From Lama guanicoe (taxonomy: Eukaryota), in contig MU053513.1 in assembly GCA_013239625.1 (NCBI GenBank), forward strand, positions 1,662,927-1,726,926: 64,000 nucleotides of DNA, given 5' to 3'. Below the pieces are notes generated by a model that saw only the letters and a program-made list of their open reading frames with translations, did no database searches and was not told where the DNA came from. The first letter of the stretch is position 1; each line of letters opens with the position of its first letter. This document shows, in pieces, positions 46,607-60,612 of this stretch. The translations under genes were made by a program, and so were the position numbers.

Positions 46607-46713
46607 AAACAGATGGAATGCTTCATAGATTTGCCTGTCACCCTCGCACAGGGGCCATGCCAACCTCCTCTGTACGGTTCCAGTTCTAGTGTATGTGTTG
46701 CCAAGGCAAGCAC
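46607..46713 (-). pseudogene. RNU6: Full-length U6 snRNA retropseudogene
   Basis: The - strand reads GTGCTTGCCTTGGCAACACATACACTAGAACTGGAACCGTACAGAGGAGGTTGGCATGGCCCCTGTGCGAGGGTGACAGGCAAATCTATGAAGCATTCCATCTGTTT, aligning end-to-end with U6 (about 20 substitutions by eye); ACAGAGA box and AGC triad are mutated. Confidence 0.93.
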
Positions 46714-49700
46714 TTGTCATGTCTGCTTCTGCTAAGAGTAACACTGCCTGCATAGAATGAGTTGGGAAGTATTTCCTCCTCTTTAATGTTCTGTAAGAGT
46801 TCATGCAGAATTGGTATTATTTTTTCCTAACTTAACTGTTTGCAAGAACTTCCCAGTGAAGCCATCTGGGGCTAAAGTTTTCTTTGTGGAAGAAGACAGT
46901 GCGATGGGAGTGGGATGGACATGGTTCCACGCAGTTTCTAACAGGGTCCTAACTTCTGTTGCTGAGTGGGTCTGCGGGTGCTCATTACACTATTAGCAAT
47001 GATTACCTAATAAATGTAGGCCACGCGTGGTTGAGAGTGTCATTAAGCAAAGCTGACGAGTAATCTAATTCTGTGTGCCTGAGACAAAAATAACAACTCT
47101 AGTCCTGTTCTCTTACCTGAGCCATTGTATCATACCTAGAGTTACCTATTAGATATTTCTTCTTGTATAACGAACCAAAACCTACTCTTTATTCTCATAG
47201 CTTCTCAAACCTCAGAGTTATTTCTAGTTCATTCTTTTTCTATACCTCCTAAATTTTAACAGATTGTCAAGCTTTGTGAATGGTACTTTTAAATTTGTTC
47301 TTACATGTTGCTTCACTGTTTTCACAGCCCCCATACTAATACAAGCCTGCATCACTTCACACTTTGATTAATACAATTTGATATCAATCAGACCTAAATC
47401 TAAATTCTAACTCTGTTGCTTCCTAATTAGGATTAGATGAGATAACATATGTGAAAAACTTAAGAATAATACCTGACATTAGTACATATCAATCATTTTG
47501 ATTAATTTCATCATGTAGAGTCTCCCTCACCATAATTTTCCCTTTTTGGTAAAAACCTACATTTCTCTGTCAGTAAGCATATGTTAATATATTATTTGTG
47601 CAATTCCAAAGTGTAATACCAAAAGGTATGATGAGCAATCTCACATGGGATTATAGGAACTGATTATTTCAGCTGAATTAACTGGCCAGACAGAATTTCA
47701 GGAAGCCTTTTTTCCCTGGTGAAATGAAAGAAAGTTGTATGGCTTGGTAATATTGAAGAATTAGCCTGTTGAGAGTAGTCCCAGAAAATAAATGAATCAG
47801 CTAGCCCCTGTCATCTAATTTTTCTTAAAAATCTTCAAATTGTATCTTGACTTATCTATAGATTTAGAATAAAATAAGGTTGATTTTTAAATTTAGTATT
47901 AGTAAAGCCACTTAAAATAGTTTTTTAAATGTCATTTCAGTATTCTGAGCTTTCATTTTTAAAGTCTGTGAAAATCTGAACAGTACTAACTTCAACTTTT
48001 GGGGTTAAAATATAAGCAAGTTATCCTTTGCTGACAGTTTGCTCCGTTCTGCATTTTGAGGATAAAAAATTTATACCAAAAGAAGTTTATTAGCTTTTTG
48101 TATTATAGAATTGTTTTTTAAGGAATAGATTATAAACCAATAGGACCTATATCTCCTGCATAGTTTTACACTGAAGAAAAAATTTCAAAATCAATCAAAT
48201 AAAGAATTGCAGGATTCCTTCACAGATAATTTTTTAAAGGCATGACTCTGCCTGGTAGAATCAAGAGTGTATTTCAGTTGCTAACTCAGTTGTCTTTCCG
48301 TGCTAAACCAGGGTTAAAGGTATGTATCTGACTATGGTTTATCAACTTTACAGGAAAGAACTCTGTTTCACAGTCACTGAATGTATTGTCTTATATAAAC
48401 CCATTATCTCACTAACATATCCTTTGATCACAATATAAATAATTTATGATGATAATAACCCAAGCTAATGTTTATTGAGCCTTTACTACATGCCAGGTAA
48501 TGAGCCAAGTGTTTAACAAGCATTATTTCATTTATTTCCCACAATAACCCTTTAAATACTATCATCAAATCCTCTCTCAAAAAACTTTCCAAGCCCAGAA
48601 TTTTAAGATTTCTTAAAATATTAATATGAGAACAATGTCTTGGAGTTTATCTAACAGAATTTGAAATCTTATGTAAATTGTTACAGTTGGGAAAACCAAG
48701 CCTTAAAAAAGTCAAGTAACTTGCCAAAGAACATTCAATTAACGAGTGGTGGACCCAGGATAGAAGCAGGCAATGTGACTACTGAGTCTGCATTCTCACC
48801 CACTGTAATATGCTGATGCCAAGAAATCAGTACAACTGTTTTGTGTGGCGAGGTCGGGGAGAATAGCAACCAGCTTATAAGGTTTTACCTACTTGTGTAA
48901 TCAACAGAGCTTTTAATCCAATTATTTGAGAACCACAATTCTGAGCAGCAGAAATATGCTGGAAGCTAAAAAGACATGATTAATAGTATTCTTTCCACTT
49001 AATGAATTTGTAATCTTTAGCTGGCAACTGGCAGTAGGACCTGGTGCTGGGTAAGGGAGAAATGAGCATTTTGCACAATGTGAGCAGTACAGAGTTTTTA
49101 TTTAAGTCCTTTCTCTCCTTTTAAAGTGATACATGCTAGCAGTTATGCTCTTAGAATTCCTTGGAGTTAAGCAAAACAGAGTTAGGTTATTAAACGATTC
49201 TTAGGTACTGAATGAAATGCCCCTATCTCAGCTGACTGTGGTTTAGAATTCATTTAGTAAACTCATTCATGTGTGATAAAGTCAGGGACTGTTTGATTTT
49301 AAAGTGCCCAAGTCGGCGACATGCAAGCAGCACTCCTATTGTTGTTTCTAATGACAGTGAAGAATCAAGTAACAATATTCACATGTATATCCTTCTCTTG
49401 ATTAAGGAGCACACTGATATATCTTATCATTCTACTAAACTGCCCAGAATACAGGCCTCTGAATTTCTTACCTAACAGAACTTAACAGTGTACTCCTAGG
49501 GTAACCAAATTCACTTTTATTTGTTTAGTGACTGAGAATTTTGGTTTTCTGAAGGCATTTTAAAGTATTAATTGACTCCAAAAAAGTCATGACAAAGACT
49601 TTGAAATGCTTAAAAATTAGGTGAATGTCACACATTTTAGTGAATCTTAACACTAAACCATAAACCCATCCCATCAAGGAACTCCCTGTGGAATGGTGTC

Positions 49701-50419
49701 ACAGACACTGAACTTTAGTCAAGGAATGGAGACATAATGCTCTCTAAACTGCAGCTAAAAGAATTTTCAGTTTCCTTAAACCCTGTTCTTTCTGTCTCCT
49801 GGTACCCTCTCTCCATCCTCACTCCTCAGTGCCCTAAGTAGGCATGCCCTTTCCCAGAAAGGCACAGTGACCTTCAGCTCTGCCAAAGCTACCCTCCTCT
49901 TACCTCAGCCATCTAGGGACCACACTGTGGACTAAGATGCTCAATATGTAAATGATCATAATTATATGTGGTGGAATGTGTATTATGAAATGAAAAATTC
50001 AGAACAAATGGCACATACAGGTTCAATTTTGTCACAACTTTTCGCAAATTCTCATACCAAAATTACAAACCTGTGTATATTTAAATTTGATAAAAGAGTC
50101 ATACAAATATAATTTGAAGTCTCCCATAATATTCTGCTAGAACTTTTGACGCTTAAAGATCTTTGCAGAATTTGGAATTATAAATATATCTTAATGGTGC
50201 TTTCTCAGTTAATTGTCGATTTTTCAAGCACATTAAGACAATGATGGTGGAAGAAGTACTGGAGTTAGAACCAGAAAACTTGGATTAGGGTTTCTGTTTA
50301 GCTCATTTATTAGATGTACGGTCTTGGACAAGCCAGTTAACTTCTGTGAACTTCAGTTTTACAGGTAAATTAGGCATAATAATGCTTTTCTCATTACAGA
50401 GCCAAATTAAATGGACAGT

Positions 50420-51180
50420 TACCGCCTTCTGAGCCTCATTTCTACACCTGACGGTCTCGGTTGCTCCTTCATTCTTTTCATCCTTCTCGCTTGTCTCCGT
50501 GACACCTTTTCTCTCCCTGTTCTTACGTGTGTCTGACCATTCCTTCTCTGCTCCTCTGATGGCTTCTTTGCCTCTTTCCACTTCTCAGGCGTTGTTGGCC
50601 CCCAGGTTTCAGTTTTTGCCTTTTTCTTCTCACTCTACATTTTTTCTTCAGTGATTTAAGACACTTTGGAAGTTTAAATGACCTCTGTAGTGTCATCTCT
50701 CTCCATACCTTCCTCGCGCTCTGAAATACTGGCATAACTGCACCGTATTCTCTTATAACTGCTACTCATCCTTTGGTTCTTAGATAAATTGTCATTTTTC
50801 TCCAGGAAGCCTTCCTTGTCTCCACAAGGCTGGGTTACTTCTCCTGTGTGTTTCCATAACACCCTCACGCTTACCCCAACTGTGGCATTTACTACAGTGC
50901 ATGGTAATAAACTTCTCTCTTAACCACCTTTTACCAGAATGTGAGTGCTTTTTAAAAAAAATTTTTATTATAGTTGATTTACACTGTTGTATTAGTTTCT
51001 GGTGCAGAGCAAAGAGATTCAGTTATATACATTCTTTTTAATATTCTCTTCCACTATGGTTTATTACAGAACGTGAGCTCTTTGAGAGTAGAGACGGTAT
51101 TTTGAACACCGCTGTACCCATAGTACTTAGCATATGCCTGGTATACAGAAGACATAATAACTGTTTATTGAATAAGTAAA
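50420..51180. mobile_element. L2 fragment interrupted by a short L1 3' end (50948-51066)
   Basis: ttctccaggaagccttcct...tgcctggtatacag...tgtttattgaat; the insert is flanked by degenerate TSD cagaatgtgagtgcttt/cagaacgtgagctcttt. Confidence 0.6.
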
Positions 51181-52266
51181 TTCTGCCAACTTCAAGAGGA
51201 GGCACTTTATAAACAGTTAAGTGTTGTCTGGATATAATGTATGACTATCATGAAGATCATAATTATGCAGGAATATGATATAAATAGAACACACCATTCA
51301 TTACACAAACATTTATTAAGAATCTATGACGTGCCAGGCGCTCTGCCAAGCCCTGAGAAAGGCGGCACTGAGCAGACAGACACTCTGCTTATTCTCCTCC
51401 ATTATTGTTAACAGTCTCTTGGCCAAAACTCTGAACTAAAGCCTTGGAACAGGATTTGTAACGGTTCGGTCTGCTTTGCTGTCTGCAGACACAGGTAAGG
51501 TTCTAAAATAAACCCTACCTGATACAGAATTAAAAGGCAGCATACACCACACCCACTTTCCAGCTAGACGCCTAAGGTCAATGACTTCCATTCTCGGTCC
51601 ACATTTTGCACTTCTCTTCCTCCCACCCAGACTTTCATTGGTACATCTGGCAGACTTTGTGCTTTTTTCCCAGATTACAGAGGATTGATTCCTTTCCAGT
51701 GCCTAGCTTAATGCCTGTTAAATCATAAATTACAACTTAAAATAAATCCAAAAGCCATCATGGAAAGGTTTTCGACATCCATGTAGTAATCATCAAAATT
51801 GAGAAATCTAAAAGACCCCGTTCCTTTGACTCAACTTTCATTCCTTTAATAAACTGCCTACCACTACATTTTAAAATCTGCTATTGAACATTTACAAAAA
51901 TTTCTCAAATTAATCTTTAGAAAACATACTCTCCAATTCTAAATGTCCATTCAATCTTTGATTTATTTTATCATCTCCACCCATGTGTATGCTTTATACA
52001 TATATTATTAGTCAACACTTCACCTACGAGTCTATAAGCTCATCTGGAATTTGCTGCCCTATTTAGCACAGAGGTCCCAGGCCCTCCTTCAATTTCATAC
52101 AACTATGCTTACTAGAAATACTCATATATATGTATTATTCATATGTATTATCATTTTGATTAGTAAACTTATAAAATGAGAAGGTATAAAATTCAAAGGA
52201 CTCACTTTAACAGCCTTCTCTCCTTCAGAATATTGATAAACATTTTTGAATTATCAAAACTTTTCA

Positions 52267-52410
52267 GGGGGGTATAGCTCAGTGGTAGAGCATGTGCTTA
52301 CCATGTACAAGGTCCTGGGTTCAATCCCCACTATGTCCATTAAAATTAATGAGTAAATAAATAAACCTAATTACCTCCCCCCAAACAAAAAAAAACAAAC
52401 AATAAATTAA
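52267..52410 (+). mobile_element. tRNA-Ala-derived SINE, fourth copy
   Basis: GGGGGGTATAGCTCAGTGGTAGAGCATGTGCTTACCATGTACAAGGTCCTGGGTTCAATCCCCA followed by taaataaataaacctaattacctccccc and an A-rich tail. Confidence 0.85.
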
Positions 52411-53126
52411 AAATGTTGGGAAAAATCCTACTCTAGCTGCACCCACCACATTCTAGGCACCATGCCCCACATCCTCCTGTCCTCTCAGAAGTACACCCAG
52501 AATCAAAACCCGTAACTCTTGCCTTTTATTCTCTCTTGGGAAGACTTCAAAATAACCACTCAAAGAAAACTGTCAAGTTCTTATTTGACAAAGTCATTAA
52601 TAAAATTGTTACATGTATCAATAAAATGTAGGGACTTTTTTAAAAGTTACAATACATCGGAGGAAAGACCTGGTATCTCTATACTAAATAAAGGAGAAAG
52701 GTGGAAACTAACAACTGAGTCCCTACTATGTGTCATACACTAGGTGGTTTGCATGTTACTTCATAGATTTAGAGATGATAAGTATGACAGAACTAAGAAT
52801 AAATGGGAAATGAAGGAATTAGCTAAAATGAATAAATATGTATTTATTAATTAATTCAAGAAACATTTACTAAACACCTCTCTACACCATGCTAGACAGT
52901 GGAAGGCGCTACATATACAAAGATGAATAGGATAATATACCTCTTCTCGTGTTGCTCATAGACCACAGGGGTTAAAAGACAAATACCAAGAAAATATAAT
53001 ACAGCTTAAATTTTTAGATAGGAAAGATTTATTTTAGTAGCATCTGAAAATAGGTAAACACATATAAAAGTAAGCTCTGTGATGTTGAAGAAAAATGCCC
53101 CCACTGGAAGAACGGCGATGAAATAG

Positions 53127-53595
53127 AGGAGTGGTCCTCAAACTTTTTGAGCTCAGGGCCTAATGTCTGGACCTATTGTGGAGGAGACCAGAGAGCTTTT
53201 GTTTATATAAAGTTTATCTACAGATATTTAATGTATTGAATATTAAAACAGAATTTTCAAATATATACTTAAGTCATTTAAAATAACAATAACAAACCCA
53301 TTATGAACCTATATAAACACACTTTATGAAAGACAACTATATTTTCCAAATTAAAAATAATTAGTGAGAAGACTGGTGTTGTGTTACATTTCTGCACATC
53401 TCTTTATTATCTCGCTTAATAAAAGACAGGTGTATTCTCATACCTGCTTCTGCATTCAAACTGTTGTGACTGATGTATGTAAAGAAAACATGGCCTCGCA
53501 CAGATATGTAACTGGAAAAGGAAGAACTTCTTTGGTGCCTGAAGGCTCTTGGGGACTCCCAAGTATTCTAAAAGCACATTCTGAGATTTGCTGAA
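53127..53595 (+). mobile_element. hAT-Charlie1/MER119-like DNA transposon remnant
   Basis: agtggtcctcaaactttttg...agagcttttgtttat...gatattta...attaaaac resembles the Charlie1-type terminus. Confidence 0.55.
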
Positions 53596-54199
53596 TTATA
53601 GGAAAAAACATTCGATCAGATCATGTCAGTTCTCATTCTAAAAAGAAAGTAGTTAGACTGAGTGAATTTCCTCAGTGTTTTAGAAGGCCAAATGAAGACC
53701 AGTTTAACAACTTAATTCCTATACTCAGTACCCTAAATGTTAAAGGACTTTATATCTGGGCTCTCACAGATTTTTCTTAATCTAGTTTTAAGTTACTCTT
53801 CTTCTGTCCGAGCAGGCAGATGCAATGCCTTTAGCCACCTTCAGGGGGCAGCAACAACACAACAATCAGGCCTCACCGCACTTTCAAGGGTCTAAGATCT
53901 CAGGCGAGCCAGCTGAGTTGTTATCGAGAAAAAGAGAAAACACTGACCAAAGGATCAGGCTGAAAATGTGGCTCCTCAACAAAAGCTTGGTCATCATTAA
54001 GGGATGACAAAGGGATTTGTTAATGTCATCCCAGCATATTAAGCATTCATGTTAAATGAAGACAACTAAGTAACCACCACAGGTGTCAGAGGGAATACTG
54101 CATTATTACCACAGCCTGTCCACGATTTATCAGAAAGATTGCATTTTTTCCAAATTTGACAGATTAGGTCTGTACTGACCACCTACTGTTTTTGTGAGG

Positions 54200-55460
54200 A
54201 GACCCTACTGTGTAACAGATGTTACGCCTGGCAATGGCACACCAAATACATGTGATAGCTTTTAAAACCAAGTAGCTTTGTTGGGAAAAACAAATGAGAT
54301 TACAACTAATTACAATACGAAGTAGTAAATGCTATTACAGCAGTGCACATACAGGGCTATGGAAACGTGGAAAAGACTATGGTGGGGTTAAGGAGGGAGT
54401 TGGGACTAAGGCAGATTACACAGAGATAGACAGGGACATCTGATTTAGAGCTTGAAGGATAAGTAGGATTTCACAAAATAGAAAAGAGGGTAAGGGCATC
54501 CAGGCAAAAGAAGTAACATGAACAGGAACACGAGCGCCTGACAGCCCATTCCAAGTTTGGGGAGCTGTAAGTCGTCCAGAGAATCAATGGTAAAACCAGA
54601 AAGACAGACTAGGCACAGAATGGGAAGATTCCTAAATGCTATGTTGAGAAAAAGTTTAGACTTGATCCTGTAGTCAATGGGGAGACAGCAAAGGATGATT
54701 TTTCAAGCAGAAATGTGACTTAATGAGACATGTATTGTAGAAAGAAAAAAGAGACAGACTCTGATAGCAGTGCAGAAAACTGGAGTAAAATGAGGAAAGA
54801 CCACAGGGAGGAGGACAAGCACAGCGATCCTGGCAAGAGAAGTACAGGCCTGAATTAAGACAGCAGCATGAGGAATGAAAAGTTGGAAAAGACATTTCAG
54901 AAGTGGAATTGACAAGACATGGTGGCCCATTCATTCACTTATTTAACAAGTATTTATTCAACTACTACTATATGCCAGGGACAACCCTAGGCTGTGGAGA
55001 CAGAAAAGTGAACAAAAAGACAAAGTCCCTCCAGGGAACTCACACTGTAGGAGAGACATTATTGCAAGAACTTTGATCAGTTAGATTTGGAGGATGGAGG
55101 TGAGGAGAGGAATACCATCAAGACTTAGCTCAAGGCTTTTAGTTTGAGCTAAACTGGGTGGACCGGGTTACCATTAAAAGCATGCTTAAGGAGTCAGAAT
55201 ATTAGTTCAGTTTTGAACAGGTTTTACTGCCTGTCAGATTACGTTTGGGGTCTGGTTATACTCTGCTAAGAATTATGGATTTTTACAGCTCATTAGCTAA
55301 GGACCTTAAAGATCATTTAGTCCAACCCCTTTATTTACCATATGAAAAAAGGGAGGTTCAAAAAGATTCAGTGACCGCTCCAAGGCTGCAGGCTGCTCAG
55401 GAGGAGAACAAGGAACTAGACTCCAGGCTTCTTGACTTCTAGTCAGCTACTCACTTCACT
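54200..55460. mobile_element. L2 and MIR fragments
   Basis: cattcattcacttatttaacaagtatttatt...tatgccagg L2 tail; ggaccttaaagatcatttagtccaaccc MIR3-like. Confidence 0.6.
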
Positions 55461-57393
55461 CTATCATTCTCCATTTTTACCTAAAAGAGTACATATGTAT
55501 ACATACATTTATGTGTGCGTGTGTGTGTGTATGTGTATATGTGTGTGTACACAAACACAATATACCCAATGGTAATAGTAATACTAATATTGGTAGCAGC
55601 GGGCATAGCAATTAATGAGATAGGCTTCAGAAGTTTTTGAAAATGACTTAACGGCCTGATAAAATACGTTAGTGTATACTTTTGAGCTGTTATAAAATAA
55701 TTTTCAGGTTGAACGTTAAGGTATAAACCTCAAGCTGTGAGACAACACGTAAGTCTTCTAGTGGAATACAGTATCAAGTAAGACAGATCATCTTAAAATA
55801 CGCACACTAATGTTTCTGTTCCAGAATTGCATTGGACCTATGTTTGGTCTCTACATTTTCTAAATTTCATTACTTTACTTGACTTTTTTTGGATTTGCAA
55901 TTAAAATATTTCGAGAGAGCAAATAATGCAGGAATCAAGAAAAGAATTTTAAATTACAACTCTCTCATTTACAGTAGCTGTTTCACTGTGTTAATGTATC
56001 ATCTCCTCTCTCAAGGAGAAAAGAATTGTCAAGAAAATAACAGTTTTAAATCAGTATTCATTAAACTCAAGTAAATTCTTTGTCTCAACTTTTAAGGTTT
56101 TTAGACAAAACATTGAACTATATGCTACAAGTAATGTTAAAACCCACCTCTTTACAGTCTTTGGAACAAACAACATTGTTTTGAGCTTCATAAAGTGTGA
56201 GCCTACACTTTCATCATTTTTCACTTGCACAAGAAATACAAACTCACATATAATGTAACTTTATAACATTTAATGAAGCTTGAAATTTACACTTTAAACA
56301 TTATATTATAAAACATCATAAACCCCATCACAACTCAAAAATGTGAAATTAGATCCTATTTTACCTATTTGAAATAATGAGATTTTTTTTCTCATACCGA
56401 TACACAATTCCTCACTGATAACTAAGAATCTTATTTTCAACCTGCTTTGACATTCTTTTGTATGAATAATATATAATACCTTGCACTCCTATGACTGTAT
56501 GTGTTATTTTTCAAAGAGCATTCATCATACTATGAGCCCCTGAAAGGTAAGCAGTGTGCTCTACTGGGTTTTTATCTTCAGTGTCTCACACAACAACTAG
56601 GACACAGTACAAACTCAATTCATAGTTAAGCGAGTGGATGAATTATTAGGATAGCAGGAGACAGCAGGAAAACTGACCCAAAATCAGCCCAAATAAAACT
56701 TTTATGACTGATATCTCCAAAAGGAGGACTAACGAAGAGGATGCATGATGAATGAACAAACAAACAAATAAATAAAATTATGGAAAGTAAAATAAAGTGG
56801 AGTGAGTTTACATTATATGTGATGAAAAACCAGAAACTTGGGCTGCAGGATGTTGGCTTCCCAAGCAAATGAATGTGGTAATTTCTGGAGGAGATTGGGC
56901 CTCCTTACCCTCTCTTCAAGTGGAAGATGGCCTTTCATTGAAGGACACAGCTGGGAATGGGAAGACCCATGGCTCTGGCTCCAAACAAGTGGGTGGGGTG
57001 GTGAGACGGAAGAACAGTATGTAGTTAACTCTGCTTTATGGCCAATGTCTAGGGGCTCCAAAAACTCTCTCTAAGATGGGGAAGGAGTAGGATTGTTTCA
57101 GAGTTCCTAGGAAAGCCTTCTTTCCCAGAAATATCTCCCCTATGCTTTCTAAATTTCTACCAGTTAAAATATTTTGTTTTAGTTAACAATACATGGTTCC
57201 TTTCAGTTCAACTGACACCAGCAATTTGTGTCAATGACTGTTAACCTCTCCTTCCCATTCCCATGATCACATTATTTAAGAGAATGATTACTAACCAAAA
57301 TGTATCTGCATCACTTAAAGTCCAGGTTCCTAATGCCAAGTCCAGCAGACTTCCCATCATATCACGGCTTCAGACTTGCCCTAATACTTAGAT

Positions 57394-57725
57394 CAGGAGC
57401 CTGCAGAGTCAAGTGTCTAGGGTTAGGAAATGTAAGCCGAGGTTATGTAGTATAATTGACAGGTAATGTGAAGGAGTGATGGCTAATTGGAAAACCATAG
57501 GGAATGGTGGAGACTATGTCAAAAGGAGAGCATGTGCCCTGTCTGAGGAGGGAGCCACAGCTTCGTTCAGGGTTTCTTGCTGTGCAGAAATGTGGACCCA
57601 GTTTTGCCCAGATCTTCCAACTTTTCAAGGGAGGCTGAAAATTCACATTTTAATATAAGATATACCAATTTTTAAGCATGTCTGTGGCTGGAAGTGGCTT
57701 TTGGGCTGCCAATTTGTGGCCTCTG
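57394..57725 (+). mobile_element. MER102-like hAT-Charlie element
   Basis: ggagagcatgtgccctgtct...gcccagatcttccaacttttcaagggag...gctgccaatttgtggcctctg. Confidence 0.6.
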
Positions 57726-60612
57726 ATCTAAATGAACAAGCAGCATTAAGAAAAAGCAAAGAGACAAAGGGGAGGCCAGACAGAGGCAGGCAGTCAAAGG
57801 GGAGGAAAGGGCAGGGAGGAGGCACAGAAAGGAAGGTGGAAGTCAGATTTCACCAACCTCAGGACCCGGCCTAGGGAGCCCCAATCTACCTGTCTTCTAG
57901 TCTGAGAGCAAAAAAGAAGAGATGACAAAAGGGAAAAAAGGAAGGGGGGGGGGAAGAGCAGCAACTACTGAACACTTACTAGACGGCAGATACTGCATTC
58001 AAGTCCTTTGCACGCGTACTCGCTCTGAGATGTGGCAATGCGAGAAACAAAACTCCATGCAAAGGGAAAAGAGGAAACTATATCAAAACACTAACAGCAC
58101 ATGTATCAGACGATGGGAGCCCCCTTACCGTTCTCTGTATTTTTTAACCATAAATATAATACGGTTGTATTAACTTTATAGTAAAAAAAAACCTGACTGA
58201 AAGTTAAATAAGTTGGATTTCTGGAGTGTAAAAAATACACTAGCATCAGTCAAGCCACTCTATGCACTGAGTATTTAAACAGAAAAAGAAAAGATAACAA
58301 TTCCAAGTGTATGTAACTAATGTGTAATTTTATAATTATAAAGCCAGAGGAGAACAGGCAAGAAGCTACACAGGTGATATAAACGGCAGATTGGTTACAT
58401 AAGGAAAGAAATAGGTGAAATTGTTAAGAATGCTGCAGGTCATTTTCCTTCTAAATTATAAAGTAGACTACTAAGATGTGTGTGTGTGTGCGCGTGTGCG
58501 TGCGTGTGGCCTACACACCACACAATGTACTGAGTCCTCTCTTCCATAAAAACTTTTAGACATCTGCCCATCTGTTACATACTCTTCTACGTTTACTACA
58601 TCGTTTTCTTTCTTTTAAGCATGTATTTTTATGTAATCAATACTTTTATTTGCCTTTAGGGTGTTTCAGAGATAACAGGAGGTTTCATTGTTCTTAAGTG
58701 AAATAGTATTTCATTTCAGGCCACTTGGGTTCTAAGCAATCTAAAACCCCAATTAATCTCTTCCAAATATACATACTCAGTTTTCATTTTGTTCACAAAT
58801 GAAACCCTAACCTAAATACTTCAAGTGTAATTTCTGGGGAAAAATACTGTTCAAAAATCTAGATAAGACATTCCTTTGTTGATGCTAAATATAGTCATCT
58901 CAAGATGACATACATTTTGACAATGATCAGTCTTACATATCAAAATTTCAAAAATAGCACAAATTCCATTTTAAGGTGAGCAGGCAGGAAAAATTGCTAT
59001 TCACTACATTGTAGCTTAAAATGGATCTAAAAGTGTGACTCTTCCATTAAAACTGAATACATCAATACTGTATCAAGGGAAACTGGATTTAAAAGAATTT
59101 TGTTGCAGTTTTTGTTTAGGGATCTTTAAGGGAGCTGTTGCAGAAGAAATACAGAATTGCCCACATTTTTCTTTAAATTATTCCAGTGAAATACATAAAA
59201 TATCTTCAGAAATAGGGGGCTAATAGCTGTGAGAAATAATCTTCATTAACTGCATTTATCGAAGTTCATTTATACTAAATATACCTCCTCAAAATCGCTG
59301 TCTCTCAATTTGATTAACCATGCATTTTTCCACCTACCGCATCTCAAAACTCAAAAAAATTTCAGAGATTTGTGTGTATTCTGAGTTTTCTTATGGCAGC
59401 TTTTAACCTGTAAAAGGATTAGGGGGGAAATAATGTGGTTCACTCAATAACGGGTGACTAAGATGGTATAAATACTGAAGTTTATTTTATCATACCACGC
59501 AGCACATAGCTATGTTGTGACTGGAAGGCCAATGGGCCCATACATGAATTCATTAGCAAAATGTAGCTGATGAATGATGCTCTGCTTGCTTTGCTCATGG
59601 AACTAATTTCTTTCTTATTACAGCTTACTTCTTTCCTCTACCTGCCTCTTTCCCAAGGACAGACATTTTGTTAGGACATATCCTTATGCTATTTTTATCT
59701 CGTTCTCATTCTGTCCCCTCTGTCTCTCTCTCCCTCCCTCTCCCCCCTCTGCACCCCCCTTTCCAACTCTCTTTGTTCACATTATGGACCTAAAATAAAT
59801 ATGAAATGAAGGTCTTGAAGCCATTGCAATAATCTACTAACCTCTAAACTTAGTTATTTTCTTCACAAATGCCATCAGTAATACATTTTTAGCATTTGTA
59901 GAGCGTTTCACGGTTTACAAACAGCTGGAATGGCTCGGCGTTTTCAAAAAGCACATAGACAAGGGAGGTCTCAGGAGGTGACTACATTATTCACTCCAAC
60001 TTCCAGCTCTAGCTGCACAACTCCCAACATCCTACCTCGGACAGAACCGTGAAAAAATAGTTGGGAGGGAGGGGGTAGATGATGGGCTGTTAAATCACAT
60101 TTCACTCCCCAGCCTCCGCAGGGGCAGATCAGGACCGATTTCTCTTAAAAACAACAGGAACTGCTGGCGGAGACGGAGACCGCGCCGGGGGCGCGCGGGG
60201 GGCAGGACACGGCCCTTCACCTGCCCGCACCCCTGGGACAGAGCAAGCGGACTGGCACCCTCTCCGCTCCGGGAGGGCGCATTCCCTGCAGGACTGAGAA
60301 GGCTCCCGAAACTCCAGGCAGGGCGCGAGCCGAGCTGAAGCCGCGGAGCCGGGCAAGGGAAGAGCGGCCAGACGCCCGAGGCCGGCGGACGCGGAGGCAC
60401 AGCCAGGATGACCCCGTCCGCCCTCCGCCGAGCCCGCGGGACGCGGCGCCGAGGGCCGGCTCGCTCGCGCCGGGGACCGGCGCGTCGCCGCAGCTGGATG
60501 GAGCCCGGCCGGGAGCCCGGCCGTGTCCCCGCAGCCCCCTGCCCGCCGCCCCGGGGGAGCCCAGCGCTCCGGCTCGGCCGCGCCCACCCCACGGCCCCCC
60601 GACTCCTCTCAC

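Larger units (their letters stand above)
42890..46890 (-). mobile_element. Composite L1 block (old L1M 3'UTR/ORF2 remnants) with nested younger insertions
   Basis: Typical antisense L1 sequence (gatggacatttaggttgtttcca, tccattttgagttaatttttgt, tttccaatctggatg, cctgatcttag, ttcccagtgaagccatctggg). Confidence 0.85.

Noticed and set aside
46607..46713. Functional U6 snRNA gene
   Set aside because: Catalytic motifs are mutated, there is no upstream PSE/TATA (the flank is L1), and it is fused to an L1 tail within a TSD
52267..52340. Functional tRNA-Ala gene
   Set aside because: The anticodon arm and acceptor stem are degenerate, it carries the same SINE tail as three other copies, and it lacks a T-run terminator
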